Numbered from the stretch's first letter, positions 9,478-18,320 are shown. The stretch: 53,575 bases of DNA from a virus (IMGVR_UViG_3300044497_000088:1-53575); one strand, 5' to 3'. Made by a program: numbers and translations. Notes: generated from the sequence alone by a model not told the origin.

Positions 9478-10025
9478 CGTTGCCTCCCTTCCATCGTTTG
9501 GCCTGGAAACTTCCAGCGGTCGTCGTCTATCGACATCTGCTTCTGAGTCTCCCTGTACTCGAGCAGCACCCTCGCCAGGTCCGGCGGCACGTAGTCCGGA
9601 CCCTTCACCAGTATACGCTTCGATCGGTCGGCCTGCTCCGCCTTGGTCATGTTGCTGCGGTGCACCTCGAGGAACGCCTCCGCGACAGGCAGGTCGAAGG
9701 TCGACGCCGTCCCGAGCAGCACGTACAGCAGGTCGGCCAGCGCGTCCAGCAGCTCCGCCTCGTCGCCGCTCTCCAGGGCCGCGAGACACTCGCCGACCTC
9801 CTCGACCAGCAGCTGCGCCCGTAGGCCGCGCGGCTGGTCGGCCCACATGAGCAGCCACCTGGCCGTCTCCAGCAGCTGGCCGGACGCCTCCCGCAGCGCA
9901 GTCGCCAGCGCGTCGTGGCCGGTGTGGCGCTCGCCCCACCCGAGCGGGACGCCGACGTCTATGCCGTGCCTCCGTTGGAACTCCTCGACCATCGACTGTG
10001 CCTCTCGTATCGTCGTCATCGTCAT
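9474..10025 (-). CDS. MazG-like dNTP pyrophosphohydrolase (DR2231/PRA-PH-like)
   Basis: EEVGE...LDALADLLYV...EVHRSNMTK...KGPDY. Confidence 0.85.
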   Translation of the reverse strand: MTMTTIREAQSMVEEFQRRHGIDVGVPLGWGERHTGHDALATALREASGQLLETARWLLMWADQPRGLRAQLLVEEVGECLAALESGDEAELLDALADLLYVLLGTASTFDLPVAEAFLEVHRSNMTKAEQADRSKRILVKGPDYVPPDLARVLLEYRETQKQMSIDDDRWKFPGQTMEGRQR

Positions 10026-10031
10026 CCTCTT

Positions 10032-12887
10032 CTAGAACTCTGCCTCGGGTATGAAGTCAGGCCGCTCCGGCATGGAGCGGCTCGCCGCGACCGACCGCAG
10101 CATGTCTATGAACGGCCCAGATTTCCTGTACCCGCCGCCGTCCCGGCGCAGGGCGTGCTTGCGCACGAGCAGCGACAGCGACTGGCTCGCCATGACGCGG
10201 TCCCAGCCGCACCAGTCCATCAGGTCCTGCTGCTCCACCTTGTCGCTCCGGAGCATGGACTCGACGAACTCGTACGGGAACGGCATTGCCGCGAGCATCG
10301 AGCGTATCGCCGACTGGTCGAGCAGCTGCGTCCCGGCCCGCTGCGCGGCCGTGAACTCCGCGTACCCGCAGGCCCTGGACGAGTAGTGTCGCCGGAGGAA
10401 CGCCGCCGCGGCCTCCACGTGACAGGGCCGGACGTCGAGCGACCGCATGTCCTGGGACGTGCTGAACGTCCGGCAGGCGAGCGCGGCGGCCAGCCTCGCG
10501 AGCTTGTACCGCATCGACCCGCCGTCCACGATCGGCACCGCGTCGCTGTACTCGGCCGACATCTCGGTGGCGGTCGCGTTGCACAGCGACTCGACGTCGG
10601 CCGCGAACAGGCACTGCTCCGGCGTCCTCGTCCACGCCCACAGCACCAGCCGCCTGCACAGGTCGGCCGGATGCCGCTGGCGGCCGTTCTCCGGCCACGG
10701 GGCGTTGATCACCGACGGGTCGACGTCGGCGTCCGCGACGACGTACACCCAGTCGAACCGCCGCAGGTCCTCGAGCCCGCCCATGAGCTCCTTGGCCGCG
10801 TCCACGCCGTACGAGTAGCTCGCGACTTTGCGGCCGTCCGAGCGCGGGTTGCTGACGCCGAGCAGCCGGGTCCTGGCGTGCGTCTGGCGCTTCTCTATCT
10901 TGGTTATCTGGGCGACGCCGCTCGACCGCATGTCGGTGAGGCTGCCGAGCACCTCGACCCGCGTGCCCTTCATCTCCTCGAGCGTGACGTGCCGCTTGTC
11001 GTGCGTCGGGATGACGCCCCACTGGATGATCCACCGCGTCCCCATCTGGGCGCACCCGCCGAGCAAGCCGGCCACGGACGCGTTCTTGCACTCGAACTTC
11101 TCTCCCAGCCCGTAGTGCCTCCTCAGGCCGGCCGCCACCTCGGACTTGCCGTTCGACGAGTCGCCGACGACCAGCGCCTCCGCCCAGCCCTTGACCACCC
11201 GGCCGGCGTACGTCAGCAGCAGCGGGCTGTGCCACGTCAGGTCCATGGCGAGGTGCATGTCGCGGCGCATCCGGATGCGGGTGACGTGCCGCTCGAGGTC
11301 GGCGTACAGCCCGTCCAGCCGCTCCTCCACGCCCGCCGCGTCCCATCGCTCCGGCCTGAACGCGGCCAGCGGCTCGAGCTCCTCGTCGGTCGGGGAGTAG
11401 GTCGATAGCGCGTCCTGGCACTGCCTGTACGACGAGACCAGCAGCGTGGACTGCTGCGTCTTGGGGTGGGGCAGCATGCGGCCGGTGAACTCGTACGGCT
11501 CGTTGAGCTCGAGGCCCTCGCCGATCGCCACCGCCGGCTGCACCCGGTGGTCGCTCGCCCTGCTGGTGAGCTCGAGCGACGGCGCGACGCGAGCGTCCTC
11601 GGCGTTGTAGTGGCTGACCGCCTCGAAGTCGAACTGCCGGCACTGCCTCGGCACGCCGACCGCCCCCATGACGGCGTCGCGCAGCCGCGCCCGGTCGGAC
11701 GTGACCGCCTCGAGCACGGCCGGCGACTCGGCCGGCACGGTGAACCGCCCGTCGGTCGAGGGCCACACCGGGCAGAGCGAGCAGAACTTCTCCGACTTGT
11801 CGCACTTGGCGTCGACGTCCCGCGGCACGTAGTAAGGGGCCGTGTCCATCGCCGTGACCACGCCGCGGACGGTCACCCTCCGGCCGGCGTGCCTCGCGTT
11901 GACCGCCTCGGAGAGGTGCATCACCACCGGGTCGACCAGCCCGGACAGGCCGGCCGCCGGCATCACCCACGGCTCGCACGCGCCCATCAACGCCCACAGG
12001 TCGCCGCCGCCCGCCACGAAGTCGTTGACGTCCCCCTTGGGGTGGGCCGCGAGGTCGAGCGGCAGCACCAGCTCGAACAGCTCGGCGGCGAGCGGGCGCA
12101 GGGCGACCAGGTTCTTCAGGGCCGCCTTGCGCCCGTGGTCGTCGACGTCGCCGCAGACGTACACGCCCTTGCCGCCGAGCTGGCGCAGCATCTCGACCGG
12201 TATCAGTTTCTCGCCGATGGTCGGCGTCACGCACCCGACGCCGTGCGGGTTGAGCTCCCTCGCGCCGACGATGGCCTTCATCTCGCCGCCGACCAAGACG
12301 ACCGTGCCGTACCTGAGCTGCTCGGCCGGGTACCACCTGGCCTGGCCGCGGCCGCGCATGTTCCGCATCTTGTCCGCGCCGGCCGCGCCGGGCAGGTACC
12401 TGCGGACGTTGACCCAGTCGCCGCGCTCGTTCGGTACCGGTATCGTCACGCGGCCCTGGTCCTCGCCGAGCCGGTAGTACGCTATGTCGGCGTCGGTGAG
12501 GGCGCGGTCGCGGAGGGCCTTCAGCAGCGGGCCGGCCTCCCATATCTTGCCGTGCCACCGCTCGACCACCGACGGCTCGACTATCCGCACGTCGTCGAGG
12601 TCGTACCGCTGCGAGAGCTCCTCTAGTATCACGGACCGCGGCTGCCTCGCCGCGCCGGACAGCAGCTCTACCAGGTCGCCGGACCGCATGCAGCCGGCGG
12701 CGTGGCAGTTGAAGACGCGCTTGCTGAGGCTGACCGAGCAGGACGGGCTCTGGTCGTCGTGGAACGGGCAGCGGACCTTGACCTCGTCGTCGCCCGCCCA
12801 GACGTGCTTGAGCTGGTAGCGCTCGAGCTCGGCGAGCACGCTTATCTCGGTGGGCCTCGTCGCCATGTGGGCTCGCGGTCGGTCCAT
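10032..12887 (-). CDS. Primase (CHC2 Zn finger + Toprim) fused to an MCM-like AAA+ helicase
   Basis: CPFHDD...CHAAGC; GE, DVD and DVND Toprim motifs; GDSSNGKS, ASVAGL, TLEE, ARTRLLGVSNP, LRRFD follow the MCM motif order. Confidence 0.85.
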   Translation of the reverse strand: MDRPRAHMATRPTEISVLAELERYQLKHVWAGDDEVKVRCPFHDDQSPSCSVSLSKRVFNCHAAGCMRSGDLVELLSGAARQPRSVILEELSQRYDLDDVRIVEPSVVERWHGKIWEAGPLLKALRDRALTDADIAYYRLGEDQGRVTIPVPNERGDWVNVRRYLPGAAGADKMRNMRGRGQARWYPAEQLRYGTVVLVGGEMKAIVGARELNPHGVGCVTPTIGEKLIPVEMLRQLGGKGVYVCGDVDDHGRKAALKNLVALRPLAAELFELVLPLDLAAHPKGDVNDFVAGGGDLWALMGACEPWVMPAAGLSGLVDPVVMHLSEAVNARHAGRRVTVRGVVTAMDTAPYYVPRDVDAKCDKSEKFCSLCPVWPSTDGRFTVPAESPAVLEAVTSDRARLRDAVMGAVGVPRQCRQFDFEAVSHYNAEDARVAPSLELTSRASDHRVQPAVAIGEGLELNEPYEFTGRMLPHPKTQQSTLLVSSYRQCQDALSTYSPTDEELEPLAAFRPERWDAAGVEERLDGLYADLERHVTRIRMRRDMHLAMDLTWHSPLLLTYAGRVVKGWAEALVVGDSSNGKSEVAAGLRRHYGLGEKFECKNASVAGLLGGCAQMGTRWIIQWGVIPTHDKRHVTLEEMKGTRVEVLGSLTDMRSSGVAQITKIEKRQTHARTRLLGVSNPRSDGRKVASYSYGVDAAKELMGGLEDLRRFDWVYVVADADVDPSVINAPWPENGRQRHPADLCRRLVLWAWTRTPEQCLFAADVESLCNATATEMSAEYSDAVPIVDGGSMRYKLARLAAALACRTFSTSQDMRSLDVRPCHVEAAAAFLRRHYSSRACGYAEFTAAQRAGTQLLDQSAIRSMLAAMPFPYEFVESMLRSDKVEQQDLMDWCGWDRVMASQSLSLLVRKHALRRDGGGYRKSGPFIDMLRSVAASRSMPERPDFIPEAEF

Positions 12888-12929
12888 GTGGTCGCTGCGT
12901 TGACTTCGTGCCGTGTGACTGACTGATAG

Positions 12930-13003
12930 AGCAGGACGGAGGAGTCGAACCTCACCTCCCAGGATATTGCAAACTGGGGCTCTGCCGTTTAGCTACGTCC
13001 CGC
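12930..13003 (-). tRNA. tRNA-Cys(GCA)-like gene with atypical 8/4 fold
   Basis: GCGGGACG/CGTCCTGC acceptor stem; TAGCT..GG..AGC D arm; GAGG-TTCGACT-CCTC T arm; loop TTGCAAT; discriminator T. Confidence 0.7.
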
Positions 13004-13005
13004 GC

Positions 13006-13095
13006 GGGTCGGCCGCAGAGCTCGTGTGGGGTAGTCCTGACGGTCCCTCTCACGAGGGGGTGCCGTCAGGCCTTGGCGAGGTGCGGCCGGAGCCC
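13006..13095 (-). ncRNA. Rod-like 90-nt hairpin with GNRA (GTGA) apical loop, directly 5' of the tRNA
   Basis: Nested pairings GGCCGCA/TGCGGCC, CTCG/CGAG, CCTGACGG/CCGTCAGG, CCCTC/GAGGG. Confidence 0.5.
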
Positions 13096-13100
13096 AAAGT

Positions 13101-13973
13101 CTAGAACCTCTCCTCCGTCTTGGGTGATGCGGCGGCGCCCTCGACCGTGTCCTCGTCGTCGTACTGCGTCTGGATCAGCTTGTCGGCCAGGTAGCCGCGG
13201 TACTCGGCGTGGATGCGGCCGAGCGCCTCGAACCGCTCCTGGTCCATGACGTACGGCGTGACGCCGCTGTCCTCGGCCGGGTTGTCGACGTCGATCCCGT
13301 ACCACGTGCCGAGCTTGTTCTCGCGCTGGCTGACTCGGGCGGCGAACTGGCACCCGTAGAGGGCCTTGGTCCGCCGCGACTGCACGAGGGTGTTGAAGCT
13401 CGTCCCCGCCCGGTGCTCGCCGCTGGCGAACGTCAGGACCATCGGCAGCTCCTCCATCTGGTTCGGCGGGAGGATCATTATCAGGTAGTTGAGGTGCTCG
13501 AGGTGGCTGACGAACAGCGGCTTGCCGTCCTTGTCGGTCGGCCGCTCGAGACACTTCTCCTTGCGTCGCTCCGGGTCGCGCGACTTCACCGCTATCTCCC
13601 CGCGCGGGTCGAACGACCGGGCCCTGACGGCCTGGAGGTCGGTGCCGTACGGGTTCCAGCTGACCCACTCGGGGTAGAACATGACCGGGACGAAGTGGAA
13701 GGCGACGTTCGGCTCGCCTGGCCGGAACTGCCCGCCCTCCCAGACGCCGCGCACCATCGGGACGGCGCAGAGGTCGCCCGGCCGGAAGAGCTCGTTGAAG
13801 GGCTTCTTAGCCTGCCCCTGCACGATCTTGATCCGCGGCGGCACGACGTACTGCTTGAGCAGGTCGGTCGACCCCTGACCGTCGTGGTCCCTGAGGTGGG
13901 CCGGCATCTGCTCGGCCACGTTGCGGACGGCCAGCTCCCTGCCGTCCGCGGTCTTCGGTGTCGTCTTGGCCAT
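13101..13973 (-). CDS. Putative single-stranded DNA-binding protein
   Basis: Replication context; PRIKIVQ motif; acidic C-terminal region ending in Phe. Confidence 0.55.
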   Translation of the reverse strand: MAKTTPKTADGRELAVRNVAEQMPAHLRDHDGQGSTDLLKQYVVPPRIKIVQGQAKKPFNELFRPGDLCAVPMVRGVWEGGQFRPGEPNVAFHFVPVMFYPEWVSWNPYGTDLQAVRARSFDPRGEIAVKSRDPERRKEKCLERPTDKDGKPLFVSHLEHLNYLIMILPPNQMEELPMVLTFASGEHRAGTSFNTLVQSRRTKALYGCQFAARVSQRENKLGTWYGIDVDNPAEDSGVTPYVMDQERFEALGRIHAEYRGYLADKLIQTQYDDEDTVEGAAASPKTEERF

Positions 13974-14081
13974 GGTACTTTCCTCGCTTCGGGTTACTAG
14001 CGGCTTGGTATGACCCGCATTCGGCGGCCGCTTGACGTCGGCGCGGGTGTGTTTTTTAGTTGTCGAACCAGAAGACGACCC

Positions 14082-14162
14082 TCACGTCATCGGTTGAGCG
14101 TAGTGCAGCCAGCGGCCATCTGTGTGCTTGACCTCGACGTGCAAGTGTATGTCGCATCCCAT
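14082..14162 (-). pseudogene. 26-aa ORF, likely truncated remnant (MGCDIHLHVEVK...)
   Basis: TAATG-coupled start; N-terminus resembles a recurrent phage hypothetical family but stops after 26 codons. Confidence 0.4.
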
Positions 14163-14710
14163 TATTCTGTGACACCTTTCTTTTTTCGTATGGTCAACGA
14201 GTACTCGGCGGTCGTGCGGCCTGGGTCGACGCCGGGCGGGAGCGGCTTGCCCTCGGCCATCCGCCGGTGCATCAGCTCCATCATCCCCGGCCAGTGCATC
14301 TCCACCGCCGCGTGCTGCCGGTCCTCGCCCCCGCCCTGGAGCTCGGCCGGCACGCCGAGGAACGTCATCAGCTCACGGTACTGCTCCGGGTCCTTGCGCC
14401 ACGTGGGCAGCCGCACCAGCGACCGCTGCATCGGCACCGCCGTGCAGTACTCGGTCCGGATGCACTCCCCCTCGAGCGTGGTGGCTGCCACGAGGCAGGC
14501 CATCTTGTCGGCGAGCGACTTGAGCTCCTTCAGCTTCTTCCTCGCGTCGTCGAGCAGGCCCTCGGCCTCGCGAAGGGCGTACGCCGCGTCTGCGAGCTCG
14601 ACCGCGTCGGCGCACCCCATGATGAGCGGCCGGAGCTGGCCGTCGGCGGTCGTCGCCGTCTCGTGCGCCCTGCGGGCGTCCTTGAACATGTCCTGGAACT
14701 GCTTCATCAC
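14162..14710 (-). CDS. Hypothetical coiled-coil protein of the replication module
   Basis: Clean ORF, coupled overlaps. Confidence 0.6.
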   Translation of the reverse strand: MMKQFQDMFKDARRAHETATTADGQLRPLIMGCADAVELADAAYALREAEGLLDDARKKLKELKSLADKMACLVAATTLEGECIRTEYCTAVPMQRSLVRLPTWRKDPEQYRELMTFLGVPAELQGGGEDRQHAAVEMHWPGMMELMHRRMAEGKPLPPGVDPGRTTAEYSLTIRKKKGVTE

Positions 14711-14910
14711 GTGTCATGTCTCCGCTCGGGCATCTCGTCGTCACGCTCGAGCTGGCCGATGCCGTGCCACTCCTCGAGCGTCGCGGGTCGTACCCGCAGT
14801 GTCTTGTCCGCGAGAGCCATCTTCGCCTCGAACTTCTCGCCCATCTCCCGCAGCGCACGCTCGACTCGCGTTTCTGGCAACGGCAGCCAGCAGCAACGGC
14901 AGTTGAGCAT
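14707..14910 (-). CDS. Small hypothetical protein
   Basis: CRCC motif; operon packing. Confidence 0.45.
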   Translation of the reverse strand: MLNCRCCWLPLPETRVERALREMGEKFEAKMALADKTLRVRPATLEEWHGIGQLERDDEMPERRHDT

Positions 14911-14914
14911 ATAA

Positions 14915-15328
14915 CTATCCCCTCGCCACGAACCCCTGCCGTTGGGCGTCGAAGAACAGCAAGCGCGGCGGCCGGCCGTACTCGTGGGTCACCGCGCACG
15001 CGACGGTGACGACCGGGACGACGCTGCCGGCCACCACCAGCGAGTCGAGCGACGGGTCGTACCCGTGCCCGCGCAGCCGGCGCAGGGCCTCGCGCACGAA
15101 GTCGTCCGACCAGATGCTCGGCCGCCGCTCCCCGTCGGGGAACACGGTCACGAGTGCGCCGTGCTCGGCCGCTCGCCGGCAGTCCTTGTCCGGCCGCAGC
15201 AGCAAGAAGCAGCGCGGCTCCACGCGCACGTCGAGGCCTTGGACGGTCGGTGAGATCCGGACTCGCGTCACAGTCCCATCGAAGTCCAGCGACTTACCAT
15301 TGTTGAAAGTAGTCTCATCAGTCATCAA
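14915..15328 (-). CDS. Hypothetical protein
   Basis: Overlaps the helicase stop; clean ORF. Confidence 0.55.
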   Translation of the reverse strand: MMTDETTFNNGKSLDFDGTVTRVRISPTVQGLDVRVEPRCFLLLRPDKDCRRAAEHGALVTVFPDGERRPSIWSDDFVREALRRLRGHGYDPSLDSLVVAGSVVPVVTVACAVTHEYGRPPRLLFFDAQRQGFVARG

Positions 15329-17295
15329 TCCCTCTCCCTCTTCTTGACTAGTAGTCCGGCCAGGATGGTCCCGAGTATCTCGCGCACGTCGGAGACCTCC
15401 ATGGCGAGCAACTTCTTCTCGCCGACCCTCACGCGTATGTCCTCGTCGATCGACTCGGGGACGACCAGGTCGGTCTCCCGCACCTGGACCCGCGTGCCGC
15501 GGCGATGGTTGCGCGAGCCGCTCTGGTCGCGCTTGATGAACGACCAGTCGACCGCGTAGTATATGTGGTGGTTGCAGTCGGTCGTCACGCCGTCACCCTC
15601 GTGCGGCGGGTAGCCGAGCAGGTTCAGCCCGGTTCCGCCCGCCCCCTGGTTCCCGAGGAACACGCGGCACTCCGGCTCGCAGTTGAACTGTCGCTCAGCC
15701 TCCTCGCGGGCCTCCTCGGTCGTCTCGCCCCAGTAGGTGACGTGCCGTATTCCCTCCGCGGTCAGCCGCTCGCTCACCTGCCGGATGGTCGGCACGAAGC
15801 AGGACCACACGATGGTCTTCTCGTCCGGCCCCTTCTCCCTGAGGCACTCGACGAGCGTCTCGAGTTTCGGGCACTCCGGGAAGTACTCCAGCCGCGCCTC
15901 GCGCAGGACCTCGCCGGTGGCCTCGTCGATCACGGCGTCCCACTTGATGAAGCCGCAGGTTATCTGCGCCAGCCGCAGGAGCTGCGTCAGCACGTTCTGT
16001 ATGGTTATCGCCTTGTTGCCGCTCCTGTCGAGCTGGTCCTCGACCGAGTAGGCCAGCTCCCTGGCGAGCGAGTCGTACGCGTCCTGCTGGGCCGTCGACA
16101 TCTCGGCCTCCATCACGTCGAACACCTTGTCCGGGAGCCACGGGAGGGCCTCCTTCTTGGTGACTATGAACGCCGTCCGCGTCAGCCGCTCCTTCATGAA
16201 CGGCAAGTTCTGTATCCCGACTAGCTTGGCGTAGCCGTCGCCGGTCTGGTCGAACACGCCGTAGAAGTCCTTGAACGCTTTCCACGACTGGAAGCCGCTG
16301 CCGCCCTCGGACAGGAACTCGAAAAGCGCGTACAGGTCGAGCGGCGTGTTGCTGATCGGCGTGCCGGTGAGGCACATTCGCCGCCGGCACTTGTCGCGCA
16401 GCTTGCGCGTGTACTGCGACCGGCTGGTCATGGGCCGCTTCGCGTAGTGGGCCTCGTCGAGCACCCCGAGGTCCCAGTCGACGTGCTCGAGGAAGTCCCA
16501 CGTCCCCTTGAGCCCCTCGTAGGACATGACGCAGACGGTGTACTCGCAGCCCGGCTCGTCGACCAGCGCCTCGATGAGCTGGCCGGCCCGGGCGACCGCC
16601 CCGCCGCGGATGGCGCAGACCTTGCCCGGCCTCGTGCAGAACCGCTGGAACTCGCGGCACCAGTTGAGACGGACGGCTTTAGGGCACACGACGATCGTCC
16701 GGTGAGCTCGGCCGAACTCGGCCCACACCCGCTGGCACTCGTTCATGACTCTGGCGACCACGACCGGCGTCTTGCCGGTCCCCTGCTCCATGAACAGGTT
16801 GTAGCCCTCGGACCGCATCGACATCCAGAGCGCGGCCTGCTGGTACGGCTCGAGCGGTAGCTCCGGGTGCTGCTCGAGCTCCGCCGCGCCTGGCGGGAGC
16901 AGGCCGACCGACTTGAAGAGCGCGTAGGCCTCCGCCACCTGGTCCTGCGCGGTGGTGCCGAGCAGGAGGAGGTCCATCATGGACTTGGCCGCGGGGTCGA
17001 GCTCCAGCTGGTCGCGGGGCCAGACGGCGTCGACGACCACGGCCGTGTAGTCGGTAGCCGCGAGGAGCCACTCCTCGTCATAGGTCGACTTGAGCTGACG
17101 TCGCTCGGGGACTCGCTCGAGCCACGTAGACCGGGCGGCAGCCGAGGGCCACTCGCGGTGGCCGTTGACCCGCGCGGCGGAGACCTTCGCCCGGAAGTGC
17201 CGGCCGTCCGGCTCGAGGGAGAGGCTGAGCCGGTCGTGGGGCTTGAGCTTCACCGGCTCGAGCAAGCCGGCGGTCGCGTCGGAGAGGGCTCTCAT
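15325..17295 (-). CDS. SNF2-family DEAH helicase
   Basis: EQGTGKT, LDEAH, LTGTP, QLLRLAQI, GGTGLNL, QSGSRNHRRG. Confidence 0.93.
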   Translation of the reverse strand: MRALSDATAGLLEPVKLKPHDRLSLSLEPDGRHFRAKVSAARVNGHREWPSAAARSTWLERVPERRQLKSTYDEEWLLAATDYTAVVVDAVWPRDQLELDPAAKSMMDLLLLGTTAQDQVAEAYALFKSVGLLPPGAAELEQHPELPLEPYQQAALWMSMRSEGYNLFMEQGTGKTPVVVARVMNECQRVWAEFGRAHRTIVVCPKAVRLNWCREFQRFCTRPGKVCAIRGGAVARAGQLIEALVDEPGCEYTVCVMSYEGLKGTWDFLEHVDWDLGVLDEAHYAKRPMTSRSQYTRKLRDKCRRRMCLTGTPISNTPLDLYALFEFLSEGGSGFQSWKAFKDFYGVFDQTGDGYAKLVGIQNLPFMKERLTRTAFIVTKKEALPWLPDKVFDVMEAEMSTAQQDAYDSLARELAYSVEDQLDRSGNKAITIQNVLTQLLRLAQITCGFIKWDAVIDEATGEVLREARLEYFPECPKLETLVECLREKGPDEKTIVWSCFVPTIRQVSERLTAEGIRHVTYWGETTEEAREEAERQFNCEPECRVFLGNQGAGGTGLNLLGYPPHEGDGVTTDCNHHIYYAVDWSFIKRDQSGSRNHRRGTRVQVRETDLVVPESIDEDIRVRVGEKKLLAMEVSDVREILGTILAGLLVKKRERD

Positions 17296-17345
17296 GTCTG
17301 GTCGTCCTGTGCCATGTGACTGTCGAGAAGTATCGAAGAGTTGGC

Positions 17346-17374
17346 ATTATACACCGCAGGACCTCCGGCGTAAA
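17346..17374 (-). promoter_or_regulatory. Leftward sigma70-type promoter of the replication operon
   Basis: TTTACG-N17-TATAAT on the minus strand. Confidence 0.75.
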
Positions 17375-17511
17375 CGGGGCTAGCGACTCAGGCGCAGATT
17401 TTCGCGACCGGCCGACGCGCAGTATATATAGTAGAAGTCGCATCGGAGGTCGTCTATGCGATCGGGCTAGAATTATTCTCGAAATAATCTCCCAAAAGGC
17501 CGATAATGCCG

Positions 17512-17540
17512 TTCCCGCGGCGAATATACTAGTGTAGAAT
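17512..17540 (+). promoter_or_regulatory. Rightward early promoter
   Basis: TTCCCG-N17-TAGAAT in the divergent intergenic region. Confidence 0.55.
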
Positions 17541-17604
17541 GGACACATCGCACCGAGGATCACTCGGACGCGACTGACGGAAACATGGCACAAAGGAAGA
17601 ACAG

Positions 17605-17874
17605 ATGATCGTATGCGGAAACAGCGTGAACGCGAAGAGCTTCTTCGACGCCGCGGCGGGCTCCCTCGCGCAGCTCTACGGGCGGTGGCTCGACGAGAAG
17701 GATTACGAGGACATCGAGGACTATATGTCCGCCCTCCACGAGAAGGCGATGGCGGCGGGCGTCGCGTTGCAGAACATGACGAAGCGACCGTTCGGCGTCG
17801 TGTTCACTTGCGACGGTCGGACGTACCACATGACGATCAAGAAGAACACGGCTCAATACAAGCGAATAGCGTGA
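17605..17874 (+). CDS. Early hypothetical protein
   Basis: AGGA RBS; stop abuts hammerhead 1. Confidence 0.7.
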   Translation: MIVCGNSVNAKSFFDAAAGSLAQLYGRWLDEKDYEDIEDYMSALHEKAMAAGVALQNMTKRPFGVVFTCDGRTYHMTIKKNTAQYKRIA

Positions 17875-17932
17875 GGTCGAAACGCGCGTTGACTCGCGCG
17901 TCCACGGTTATTTCGGCCGTGCTGACGAGACC
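17875..17932 (+). ncRNA. Type II hammerhead ribozyme 1 (predicted cut after C17902)
   Basis: GGTC-GAAA-CGCGCG[ttgact]CGCGCG-TC-CACGG[loop]CCGTG-CTGACGA-GACC. Confidence 0.92.
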
Positions 17933-17963
17933 ACATGGCGACATGGCACGAAGGAAAGAAAAG

Positions 17964-18263
17964 ATGATGAAATACTTATTAGTCCGAGACCACGCGACCG
18001 AGGACTTCGAGCAACACGACTCGTTGCCCCGAGAGGGAGACGCGGTCTACGCGCTCATCGACGGGACGTGGTGGTACGCCACCGACGACGTCGGGAGCGA
18101 GCGGTTCCTCGTCATCGACTCGCGCGGTGGCTGTCGCACGACGGACCGTCAGGACGATTGCGACTATAACGAAGAGCTCTGCTTCATGTGGGACGAGCCA
18201 AACTACTGCCGTTGCTATGCGCTCGATGAGCCGAGCGTCGTATCGACCGTGGCGGGGCGGTGA
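17964..18263 (+). CDS. Early hypothetical protein (99 aa)
   Basis: AAGGA RBS; lies between hammerheads 1 and 2. Confidence 0.7.
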   Translation: MMKYLLVRDHATEDFEQHDSLPREGDAVYALIDGTWWYATDDVGSERFLVIDSRGGCRTTDRQDDCDYNEELCFMWDEPNYCRCYALDEPSVVSTVAGR

Positions 18264-18320
18264 GGTCGAAACGCGGAGCGATCCGCGTCTGACGGTAATT
18301 CAACCGTCACTGAAGAGACC
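18264..18320 (+). ncRNA. Type II hammerhead ribozyme 2 (predicted cut after C18289)
   Basis: GGTC-GAAA-CGCGGA[gcga]TCCGCG-TC-TGACGGT[loop]ACCGTCA-CTGAAGA-GACC. Confidence 0.92.

Noticed and set aside
4246-12626. Long alternative-frame and antisense ORFs (e.g. 4246-6306, 9915-11408, 10057-12558)
   Set aside because: Arg/Gly/Pro-rich shadow ORFs expected from high GC3, overlapping genes with clear motifs
12888-12929. Theta (HDV-like) ribozyme at the tRNA 3' end
   Set aside because: Only about 40 nt before the next start, and no nested pseudoknot could be built
12930-13003. attP site implying lysogeny
   Set aside because: No integrase, recombinase or repressor was recognised anywhere in the circle
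13006-13095. SRP (4.5S) RNA or terminator
   Set aside because: Lacks the CAGG/AGCA helix-8 loop next to the tetraloop and has no U tract
17541-17591. Additional hammerhead before the first early gene (CTGACGGAAAC)
   Set aside because: CTGANGA is incomplete and there is no stem II or III
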